A stretch of 39,728 nt of DNA from Bacteroidia bacterium. Its GTDB lineage: Bacteria; Bacteroidota; Bacteroidia; Bacteroidales; GCA-2748055. The notes below the pieces were generated by a model. It did not search any database. It saw only the letters and a list, made by a program, of their open reading frames with translations, and had not been told where the DNA came from. The stretch is taken from positions 1 to 39,728 of the forward strand of contig JAUVKN010000001.1 of assembly GCA_030596245.1 (NCBI GenBank), given 5' to 3'. Position 1 is the first letter of the stretch. Each line of letters starts with the position of its first letter. A program made the translations under genes and the position numbers. Below, piece by piece: positions 1 through 6,774 of this stretch.

Positions 1-560
1 AAAGCGTTCAACTCACAGTCTTGTTTGTCATAGTTGCCGTGTTCGGGGTTGCGTATCCACTCGGTGGCAATGGATATGCTAAAGCCGTTGGAACATACGA
101 TCTTGGCTTCAAGCACATAGACGGTGTAGGTCGTTTTACCGTTCTTGGATGTCTTTTTCGGGCATCCGGGATATGGCTCGTAGTCAAAACTGTGGAGTCC
201 TGTGCCATCAACCGCCACGCTATGATAAAGTCTATCGAAACGGAACTTGTCGAACACCTTCCTGCGCACCAACACCCTGACCATCTCCTGCTTGAGCCTC
301 TCGAGGCATTCTTGCGGTAATTTCCGCAGCAGTTTGTCACAGGTGTCCGTGTCGGGGAGCCGACAGCCAAACACCCTTTTGTAGTTGGCTGCAAAGCGCC
401 CCTTCCGGGAAAGGTTGTCCATGCTGTTGCGTGAACCATGCTTGAAAAGGAATATAGCTATAACGGCCATCAGCACCTCCTCAGTTTTGTAATCAGGGGA
501 CTTCCGGTAATCGGGAAGTGAGGAAAGCATCTCAAGGAATTGGGGGAAGTGTCTGTTCAT
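1..560 (-). CDS. DDE transposase (IS4/IS5-superfamily-like), N-terminal ~186 aa; the ORF runs off the left window edge
   Basis: Absent from the ORF track because it has no stop inside the window. My translation of the minus strand from the ATG at 560-558 stays open to position 1: MNRHFPQFLEMLSSLPDYRKSPDYKTEEVLMAVIAIFLFKHGSRNSMDNLSRKGRFAANYKRVFGCRLPDTDTCDKLLRKLPQECLERLKQEMVRVLVRRKVFDKFRFDRLYHSVAVDGTGLHSFDYEPYPGCPKKTSKNGKTTYTVYVLEAKIV... The 'VAVDGTG' block (candidate first catalytic Asp) after a helical N-terminal region fits DDE_Tnp_1-type transposases. The family call is from memory only. Confidence 0.55.
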   Translation of the reverse strand, partial: MNRHFPQFLEMLSSLPDYRKSPDYKTEEVLMAVIAIFLFKHGSRNSMDNLSRKGRFAANYKRVFGCRLPDTDTCDKLLRKLPQECLERLKQEMVRVLVRRKVFDKFRFDRLYHSVAVDGTGLHSFDYEPYPGCPKKTSKNGKTTYTVYVLEAKIVCSNGFSISIATEWIRNPEHGNYDKQDCELNA

Positions 561-756
561 GGCAATGGCTGTTTGCATCGCGAAGCAGAACCCCTGGTAA
601 CAGCTGAGTTTTGCCCTGCATCCATTGCGCTTTTGTTCTTTGTTCTTCTTTTTGTTTCTCTTCTAAAAAAGGTGGGAAAAAATATCGGAAATTACAAAAC
701 AAAATACCCGGAAAAATTACGTATTAATTTTATTATCAGTACTTTAAAGGTGTAAT

Positions 757-796
757 AAAAAACGCCAGTGAATAGGTGGCTACCTCCTGGCGTTTT
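757..796 (-). terminator. Stem-loop with U-tract (intrinsic-terminator-like on the minus strand)
   Basis: aaaacgccag (759-768) pairs with ctggcgtttt (787-796). An inner aggt/acct stem lies in the loop. On the minus strand the stem is followed by T6 (complement of A757-762); on the plus strand only T4 follows. It sits about 200 bp upstream of the transposase ATG and may insulate the IS from read-through. Confidence 0.4.
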
Positions 797-1024
797 AAAA
801 AAATGAAAAATGAAACCACAACATTATTTGTTCGGCGGCTGCGTCGCCTTTGTATCATCCTGATAATAAAGGCGTTAGAAAGGCAGCCTGCAATGTGGCG
901 TCTTCTATAAAGTTAGTGCGAAAAATATTTCTCTCAAAATTTCCCTGCAGCTTAATTCTCAGACTATTACGGATATGCAAATTTACAAGCGGAATCGCTG
1001 AATCTTATGGAAAAGGGATATTAA

Positions 1025-1126
1025 TTATCCAGTTATTATACTTATTTGGTGCTTTTCGGATAATAAATATCCATTGATAGATATTTATTATCCAAATCAA
1101 CATCAATATAGTTAATAACTGGATAA
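1025..1126. repeat. Two nested perfect 14-bp inverted repeats in an AT-rich region
   Basis: Outer pair: ttatccagttatta (1025-1038) and taataactggataa (1113-1126). Inner pair: ggataataaatatc (1058-1071) and gatatttattatcc (1080-1093), with an 8-bp spacer. Checked base by base. All four arms begin or end with TTATCC/GGATAA. Confidence 0.9.
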
Positions 1127-1219
1127 AACATATCTATTCCTGATTTTTTTTCGTCCTTAGTGTCGACATCAGCCCTGTCTGTACCATATACCAGACCAAT
1201 CATAAATGCTGCTCCTTAT

Positions 1220-1258
1220 CCGCCCCTGAGGGCTGTCCCTGTGAGCCGCCCCTGAGGG
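1220..1258. repeat. 13-bp direct repeat ccgcccctgaggg x2, 26 bp apart
   Basis: Copies at 1220-1232 and 1246-1258. gtccctgt (1235-1242) is the reverse complement of acagggac (1303-1310). Confidence 0.85.
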
Positions 1259-1260
1259 AT

Positions 1261-1300
1261 GCTGCTACAGTGGAGTGCTGCTACAGTGGAGTGCTGCTAC
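1261..1300. repeat. 16-bp tandem repeat gctgctacagtggagt x2.5
   Basis: Identical units at 1261-1276 and 1277-1292, then a partial gctgctac at 1293-1300. Confidence 0.9.
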
Positions 1301-1322
1301 GGACAGGGACCCAAGCTTGTAA

Positions 1323-1440
1323 GTGCTCGACCGCAGGCAATAGTGTGCTCAACTGCAGGCAATAGTGTTCTCAACTGCAGGCAATAGTGTTCTCGATCGC
1401 AGGCAATAGTGTGCTCGACCGCAGGCAATAGTGTGCTCGC
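1323..1440. repeat. 22-bp head-to-tail tandem repeat x5 plus an 8-bp partial (iteron-like)
   Basis: Units start at 1323, 1345, 1367, 1389 and 1411. Consensus is gtKctcRAYYgcaggcaatagt. Units 1 and 5 are identical, and the core gcaggcaatagt is invariant. The partial gtgctcgc is at 1433-1440. The array ends 80 bp upstream of the PLD-like start. Confidence 0.9.
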
Positions 1441-1519
1441 GTAGTCCATGGGCAGGGCTTTGAAAGGCCAACCCTAAATAGTTAATTATCAGTCAAATCA
1501 ATAGAAAAATGAAACGAGC

Positions 1520-2554
1520 GTGAAATTGATCAAACCTTCTGAAATTTCTGCCAGGATTCTCACATTGCTCGATGAGAGTGATGAAAGGGTCATCATAGTA
1601 TCTCCCTATATGAAGATTTCGAAATGGTATAAGTTCATGAATAAGGTCAATGGATTGAAAACCAGGAGGATCCTCATAGAGATATATGTCAGGGACGACC
1701 CTGACAACACAGCCACCTATCGTGATCTGGATCAATTGGCACTGGAGTATAAAAAGATTCCTCACCTGCACAGCAAACTATACCTGAATGAAAGATACGG
1801 CATCGTAACTTCCATGAATTTGCTGCTAAGCTCTGAGATCAATTCCCTGGAAATTGGATATGCCACGGAAACCTGGACGGAATACAATGACTTGTTAGGT
1901 TTTTATCACAGGTATATCCACATTGGTGAACCGGTTCACTGTGATACAATAGCCGGCCGGCCGGCCGCAGACCTGAAAGAGATTATGCATAGCATCAGGG
2001 AAGAACTCAAAAGAACCTCGAAGAACTCATGGCTCTGGCTTGCGGAAAATGCGCTGCATATCAGCACTGGCCGGAATAACTACAGCGTTTCGATCAACGA
2101 CGGCTACCTGAGAATCACCGCTAGTTTGAGAATTGCTTCCGCAACAAAGCAGAAAAGCATTCAGCGCTCCTCATTGATCGCGAAAAAAGTCGGAGATCTC
2201 ACTGCCATGAAGGTCGATATGCATCCTGGTCCTAAGCATGGTCCTAAGCCTGGTCCTAAGCCTGGTCCTAAGCTTGGTTCTAAGCCTGGCCTTAAGCCTG
2301 GTCCTAAGCCTGGTCCTAAGCCTGGCTCTACGCCTAGTCCTAAGCCTGGTTCTGAGCCTGGCCTTAAGTCTGGTCCTAAGCCAGGTCTTAAGCCTGAAAT
2401 CCTACAACTATCCGGACAGGCACAACACACATTGAAAAGCACCTGCATCACCGGGATCCTGGAAGCTGAAGCGGATTACATGATGGAATCTGTAATAAGG
2501 TTTATTGATGCCACGGAGGATCTGGTATGTCAGGAAGCGTTTAATAGCTCATAA
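1520..2554 (+). CDS. Single-HKD phospholipase-D-superfamily (Nuc-like) protein with an internal (PGPK)14 low-complexity spacer
   Basis: 344-aa ORF with a GTG start at 1520; the upstream ATG at 1509 is out of frame and hits a stop. HKD-like motif HSKLYLNERYGIVTSMNL (HxKx4E...TSxN), preceded by 'VIIVSPYM', as in PLD-like nuclease domains. No signal peptide. A middle region follows, then 14 tetrapeptide repeats, then a ~50-aa C-terminal tail. Confidence 0.6.
   Translation: MKLIKPSEISARILTLLDESDERVIIVSPYMKISKWYKFMNKVNGLKTRRILIEIYVRDDPDNTATYRDLDQLALEYKKIPHLHSKLYLNERYGIVTSMNLLLSSEINSLEIGYATETWTEYNDLLGFYHRYIHIGEPVHCDTIAGRPAADLKEIMHSIREELKRTSKNSWLWLAENALHISTGRNNYSVSINDGYLRITASLRIASATKQKSIQRSSLIAKKVGDLTAMKVDMHPGPKHGPKPGPKPGPKLGSKPGLKPGPKPGPKPGSTPSPKPGSEPGLKSGPKPGLKPEILQLSGQAQHTLKSTCITGILEAEADYMMESVIRFIDATEDLVCQEAFNSS
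2225..2392 (+). repeat. 12-bp coding tandem repeat cctggtcctaag x14 (PGPK and variants)
   Basis: In frame with CDS 1520..2554. Reads PGPK HGPK PGPK PGPK LGSK PGLK PGPK PGPK PGST PSPK PGSE PGLK SGPK PGLK. Confidence 0.95.
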
Positions 2555-2606
2555 AGCCCTTATTACCCAGGATAGCATTGGGCTTACTGAGGAGCAGAAG
2601 CTGGTG

Positions 2607-2726
2607 GACAAGATCCCAGACAAGATCCCAGACATAATCCCAGACAAGATCCCAGACATAATCCCAGACATAATCCCAGACAAAATCCCAGACAAAATCC
2701 TAGACAAAATCCCAGACAAAATCCTG
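2607..2726 (+). repeat. 12-bp tandem repeat gacaaRatccca x10 (reads DKIP/DIIP in the frame of ORF 2505..2729)
   Basis: Ten contiguous units start at 2607, with variants aag/ata/aaa at unit positions 4-6. A TGA follows at 2727-2729. The array begins 53 bp after the PLD-like stop, in a different frame. Confidence 0.95.
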
Positions 2727-2907
2727 TGAAAAACCGGCCAGGGTGTCCCGATAGGTTCTTCCTATGACGAAAAAAAAAGTTAGTGCAGCAGATGGAGCTT
2801 TTTTACCTGGAAAACTATCACGATTAATTGCTGTTTTCATTATCGTTAATTAACAATCCTCAAACTAACGATGACGAAAACAGGAGTGAAACGCTCATGA
2901 CATAGGA

Positions 2908-4329
2908 TCAGGATTTATCAAATCCTTTTCTTTCCATCCTGCCCCACGTGTTTCTTTTGAACAGTTTGTCGATATTTCCTTTGATGGACATTAGCATGAT
3001 CAGTGGATGGTAGAATATCGGTTCCAGGAATGCGGTACCGATCAGCCTGAATACATCCCTTCGCTTCTCATATTTATGGAAAGTGACCTCCTCGAACAAT
3101 ACGGACCAGATGGAGAGAGAAACAGCAAAAAAATAGACAAATCCAAACAATAGCAGGAAGAATGGCCAGTTCAGTTTCCCGGAGATCACCAGAAAGATGA
3201 ACCACAGGATTCCCAGGAATTCAATGATTGGGGCCAGGTACTCAAACATCAGCCAGTAGGGATATCCCAGCATTCCCAGTTTTCCATACCGTCGGTTGAA
3301 CAGGAGTTTTCTATGGATGATCAGCGTCTCCAGGGTCCCACGGGTCCATCGACTGCGCTGTCTTGCCAGCACTTTCAAGGTGGATGGCACTTCTGTCCAG
3401 CAGAGCGGATCGGGTATATAGACCACATCATAGCTCATGTTATTGTCGACCATATATCTCCTCATACGCACTACAAGTTCCATGTCCTCCCCCACAGTAT
3501 CGGTCCTGTAACCTCCTGATTGAATGACAATTTCACGATTGAACATTCCAAGGGCACCAGAAATAAGTAACAGACCATCCAACTCACTCCATGCCATCCT
3601 GCCCATCAAAAATGCCCTGGTATATTCCATGACCTGGGCCCTGGGCAAAAACTTCTTTGGAAGGTGTACCTTCTTAATATGTCCTCCCGATATCTCGCAC
3701 GAATTGGCTATTCGGATCACCCCACCTGCACCAATCACTTTTTTTTCCTTAGACTCAGTAAATGGCTTTACCAATTTAAGAAGGGCATCCGGTTCCATGA
3801 TGGAGTCAGCATCAATGCTCACTACGAGTTCGTTCTTGGAGACATTCAGTCCGGCATTCAGAGAATCTGCTTTCCCCCCATTCACTTTATCTATCACTGT
3901 CAGCTTTTTAAACGACCTGTTCTGTGACTTATACACCCCGCGTATCCGCTTGCAGGGCAACCGATAGTCAAAGTAGTAGTTGACCTTCTCCAACTCATAG
4001 GTTTCGATCATCTTCTCCAGAGAATCATCCGAACTTCCATCGTTGACCACAATTACTTCATAATTGTTATAGTAGAGCGATAGCAGGGTCCTGATATTAT
4101 CAAGGATGGTGCGGCTTTCGTTAAAGGCCGGAGCGATCACCGAAAGGGTTGGGGCCAGTGGGGAAGAGACGATGGAATTATAGTCCACATAGCTGTTTTT
4201 TCTCAGGTACTTCCTCAGAGAGATGGCCGAAAAAACAGTAAGTATCAGATACACGCTGAATATCAATGCAGTAATGATAAACACTGCATGCAGCACAAAA
4301 AACTTTAATATGTCAAACAATCCACTCAT
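2908..4329 (-). CDS. Membrane-embedded processive family-2 glycosyltransferase (PgaC/IcaA/BcsA-type polysaccharide synthase)
   Basis: 473 aa. N-terminal TM helix, then APAFNES...VVNDGSSD, SIDADS, GEDMEL and RQRSRW (the D, D, D, Q/RxxRW processive signature), then a C-terminal multi-TM region. The ATG lies 2 nt after the stop of the upstream gene. Confidence 0.85.
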   Translation of the reverse strand: MSGLFDILKFFVLHAVFIITALIFSVYLILTVFSAISLRKYLRKNSYVDYNSIVSSPLAPTLSVIAPAFNESRTILDNIRTLLSLYYNNYEVIVVNDGSSDDSLEKMIETYELEKVNYYFDYRLPCKRIRGVYKSQNRSFKKLTVIDKVNGGKADSLNAGLNVSKNELVVSIDADSIMEPDALLKLVKPFTESKEKKVIGAGGVIRIANSCEISGGHIKKVHLPKKFLPRAQVMEYTRAFLMGRMAWSELDGLLLISGALGMFNREIVIQSGGYRTDTVGEDMELVVRMRRYMVDNNMSYDVVYIPDPLCWTEVPSTLKVLARQRSRWTRGTLETLIIHRKLLFNRRYGKLGMLGYPYWLMFEYLAPIIEFLGILWFIFLVISGKLNWPFFLLLFGFVYFFAVSLSIWSVLFEEVTFHKYEKRRDVFRLIGTAFLEPIFYHPLIMLMSIKGNIDKLFKRNTWGRMERKGFDKS

Positions 4330-4331
4330 GC

Positions 4332-5594
4332 TTAATAGATTCGGCCGTCCAGTACGTGCCTGATAATGATCTGATAGTTTTTATACTCTGATTTTGATTT
4401 CATCAATTTAATGAGCATTGAAATACCTGGCTCATCGGTATTCTCCATGGCCTTGGTGGCGAGAATCTGCAGCTGCACATCCTCTTCCATATCCAGGACC
4501 GATTTCAGAAAGTTCAAATGCCGCTCTTCAGGGATCCTTGCAAATGCATTCAATATTTCAAGTTTATTCCTATTGGATTCCCCTTCATAGATCTTTTTCA
4601 TGGCTGGAAGTGAACTTTTCAACCTGAGTTCTCCGCATACCTTATATGCAGTGCGACGCACCTCATCGTTCTCATGTTCGAAAAGCCTGATTATGGCTGA
4701 CCCGGCACCCTTTTGTTTGAACCAGGAAACCATCTCCAGTGCAAAAATGAGCACACTGATGTTCTCCGATTCGAACCATTGTTTGAAAGCAGGCACCTTA
4801 AGGTTGTGCTGGATTAAAAGTTCATGAAGGGTAATCTGCTCCCAAATGGCCAGAGGTTTTTCCATGAGGTACAAGAAGTGGTATGGATTGTCGTCCGACA
4901 AACTTACCATGGCAATCTGAGCCTCCATCCTCAATATCTCATTGTTGGAGTTCAGGCTTTCTATGATCCTCTCATTGGCCTCCCTGATACCCATAAAGGC
5001 CAGTTCCCTGAATCCCTTCACATTTTCATGCCATTTCCTGCTGTAAGCTTTTTCAAGAGAATCTTTCATCAAACCCAGCAACAGGTAAAGCTTTTTAATG
5101 ACCTCCTTGATCTCTCCCTTCAGGTTGATGCTCAGGTCAATCATCTGATCGATGAGTATCTGACGGTTAAACTTATTGGAAGCAATCCGCTCCAGGTCCA
5201 TAAATGCATGATCCAATTTATCCTCTTCAAAGAGATAATCCATCAACTTTTGCTGGTACTCCTCTTTCAGGTACTCTTTCAATTTTTGCTCCCGCTGCAT
5301 TCTGCCCCTGTTCAGCAGGATAATAATCAGCAATGTAATCAGGGTCACAATCGAATAGAGGATCACCACGTACAGAATGGTAATGAAGAGAGAGGATTTA
5401 TCAAACTTCACCATGACCCGTTCCGAATAGCGGCTTATGAAATTATCCTCCTGAATGTTGTCATTGGCATAGACCGTTTCTGTGGAATCCTCTGTTTCGG
5501 GGTATACCGGGACCTGTGCTGAAACAAAAAACAGACCTATGGATACCACTATCCAGGGTAGCAAAAAGATCAGATATATTTTTAAACTCTTCAC
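4332..5594 (-). CDS. Two-TM inner-membrane protein with a cytoplasmic coiled-coil and HEAT/ARM-like repeat domain
   Basis: 420 aa. The GTG start overlaps the stop of the upstream gene (GTGA at 5591-5594). Hydrophobic segments are IYLIFLLPWIVVSIGLFFVSA and LFITILYVVILYSIVTLITLLIIILL. Then a charged helix (RMQREQKLKEYLKEEYQQKL) and repeated helical hairpins, e.g. LFEHENDEVRRTAYKVCGELR and VLDMEEDVQLQILATKAM, which look like HEAT repeats. Confidence 0.7.
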   Translation of the reverse strand: MKSLKIYLIFLLPWIVVSIGLFFVSAQVPVYPETEDSTETVYANDNIQEDNFISRYSERVMVKFDKSSLFITILYVVILYSIVTLITLLIIILLNRGRMQREQKLKEYLKEEYQQKLMDYLFEEDKLDHAFMDLERIASNKFNRQILIDQMIDLSINLKGEIKEVIKKLYLLLGLMKDSLEKAYSRKWHENVKGFRELAFMGIREANERIIESLNSNNEILRMEAQIAMVSLSDDNPYHFLYLMEKPLAIWEQITLHELLIQHNLKVPAFKQWFESENISVLIFALEMVSWFKQKGAGSAIIRLFEHENDEVRRTAYKVCGELRLKSSLPAMKKIYEGESNRNKLEILNAFARIPEERHLNFLKSVLDMEEDVQLQILATKAMENTDEPGISMLIKLMKSKSEYKNYQIIIRHVLDGRIY

Positions 5595-6766
5595 TTTATT
5601 ATTCGGATGTAAAATCCTGCCCTCAGGTCAAATCGATGACGGTACTCATCGACATCAAACTCTTCATAGGAGTAGCCGGTCATCACATTCAACCGAAGAA
5701 TGTGGTTGATCTGCTTCGAGTATTCGACCCGGCCTGACATGGCTCTCAGCCTGTCCAGATCTGACACAACCAGCAGTGGTTCGTCGGGAGCGGTACCATA
5801 TCCCAGTGTGAGTGAGAGGTAGTTGAATTTATCTTCAAAGTACCTTCTGGCACTCAGGTAGTAGGAACCTGAAACACCATAATCTTTAAAAAACAGATAA
5901 TTCCTGAAAGAGAACCAGTAATCACCGGCATATTTCTCTCCGGAAAATGTCAGGAAAGTAAAGTGTTGGTCCCAATAGAAGTAACGGAGTCCGGCCGACA
6001 GGGCAAAACCCTTCGGAAGCACCTGCCAGATCTCTGCTGCTGCCCTGTGTCCGGGCAGGTAATTGACTGCTCCATCTGGCGAGAATCCGTAGCCCGCCAT
6101 GGCATAGTTCTTTTTCCCAAGATTCAGGTAACCGTCCATGTTCAACTGAATGTCTGTGGAGGGATTGTCAACCCCCGCATGATACCCGCCATTCACATAG
6201 GGAGACAGGGTTCCCATCTTCAATGGTATATTTCCGCCGGCAGTCAGCATATGCCAGTTCCGCACATAGGGCTTGCTGAAATGGTCGTAGGAGTAGAAGA
6301 GGAAAAGCTCGGGCAGATCCTGTTTTGAGCCCTGCTGATATTTTGCCAGCAACTGTTTCTCCATGATTAACGGGGAGTCTGGTTCCAGCTCAAGGGCGCG
6401 GGCAGCATACTCTTCAAGTTTTGCCCAGTCGTTTTCCCAGTAAGCAAGATCCACACGGGTTTCATGTGCTTCGAAAAGATCGGGCTCCTTTGATAGCACT
6501 TTTTCAAGGATCATATAGGCCGAATCGTATTTGGCTTCCCACCCATATATCCTGGCCAGGTAGAGGGCCACATCAAAATAATCCGGGTTCTCATCCATGA
6601 TCCTGTGACCAATTGATATCGCTGTGGCATAGCGGTTCTCATTCGCATGTTCTCTCATCAATGCAAACCCAGCTTCAGGAGTGGCATAGGTTTCCTGCAG
6701 TTCCTGGGCAGCCAATTGATTCAGTAAAAAAAACAGAAAGATGGTCAGTGAAGTGAAATTACGCAT
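5591..6766 (-). CDS. Outer-membrane protein: N-terminal TPR-like repeats plus C-terminal beta-barrel (YaiO-like from memory)
   Basis: Signal peptide MRNFTSLTIFLFFLLNQLAAQE. I prefer the ATG at 6766; the track's GTG at 6775 is the alternative. TPR-like helices follow (YFDVALYLARIYGWEAKYDSAYMILEKVL, WAKLEEYAARALELEP). The remaining ~230 aa is rich in alternating aromatic/Gly strands (GYGFSP, SAGLRYFYWD, GSYYLSARRYF, LTLGYGTAP, MTGYSYEEF). Confidence 0.65.
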   Translation of the reverse strand: MRNFTSLTIFLFFLLNQLAAQELQETYATPEAGFALMREHANENRYATAISIGHRIMDENPDYFDVALYLARIYGWEAKYDSAYMILEKVLSKEPDLFEAHETRVDLAYWENDWAKLEEYAARALELEPDSPLIMEKQLLAKYQQGSKQDLPELFLFYSYDHFSKPYVRNWHMLTAGGNIPLKMGTLSPYVNGGYHAGVDNPSTDIQLNMDGYLNLGKKNYAMAGYGFSPDGAVNYLPGHRAAAEIWQVLPKGFALSAGLRYFYWDQHFTFLTFSGEKYAGDYWFSFRNYLFFKDYGVSGSYYLSARRYFEDKFNYLSLTLGYGTAPDEPLLVVSDLDRLRAMSGRVEYSKQINHILRLNVMTGYSYEEFDVDEYRHRFDLRAGFYIRIIK

Positions 6767-6774
6767 GGTACACA

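Noticed and set aside
8-439. Track ORFs 8..439 (-) and 21..320 (+) at the left edge
   Set aside because: Both overlap a longer minus-strand frame that is open from 560 to the window edge and has clear transposase character. Their own translations are Cys/Arg/Trp-rich or otherwise featureless.
540-1077. ORFs 540..755 and 850..1077 in the AT-rich region
   Set aside because: They are short and compositionally odd, with no recognisable motifs. They span palindromes and hairpins, so I treat the region as non-coding.
1220-1440. Could the direct repeats upstream of the PLD-like gene be a CRISPR array?
   Set aside because: The units are contiguous, with no unique spacers between them. Unit lengths (13, 16 and 22 bp) are too short, and three unrelated families sit side by side. 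No cas genes are in the window.
2161-2451. ORFs 2238..2435 (+, LVLSLVLS...) and 2161..2451 (-, LGPGLGPG...)
   Set aside because: These are alternative-frame and antisense readings of the 12-bp PGPK repeat. They stay open only because the repeat lacks stop codons. The frame continuous with the PLD-like domain is the credible one.
2730-2907. Terminator or small feature between the DKIP array and the GT2 stop (A9/T6 tracts, 10-bp direct repeat atgacgaaaa at 2764 and 2871)
   Set aside because: I could not fold a convincing stem-loop with a U-tract on either strand. The direct repeat is short and AT-rich. The region is left unannotated.
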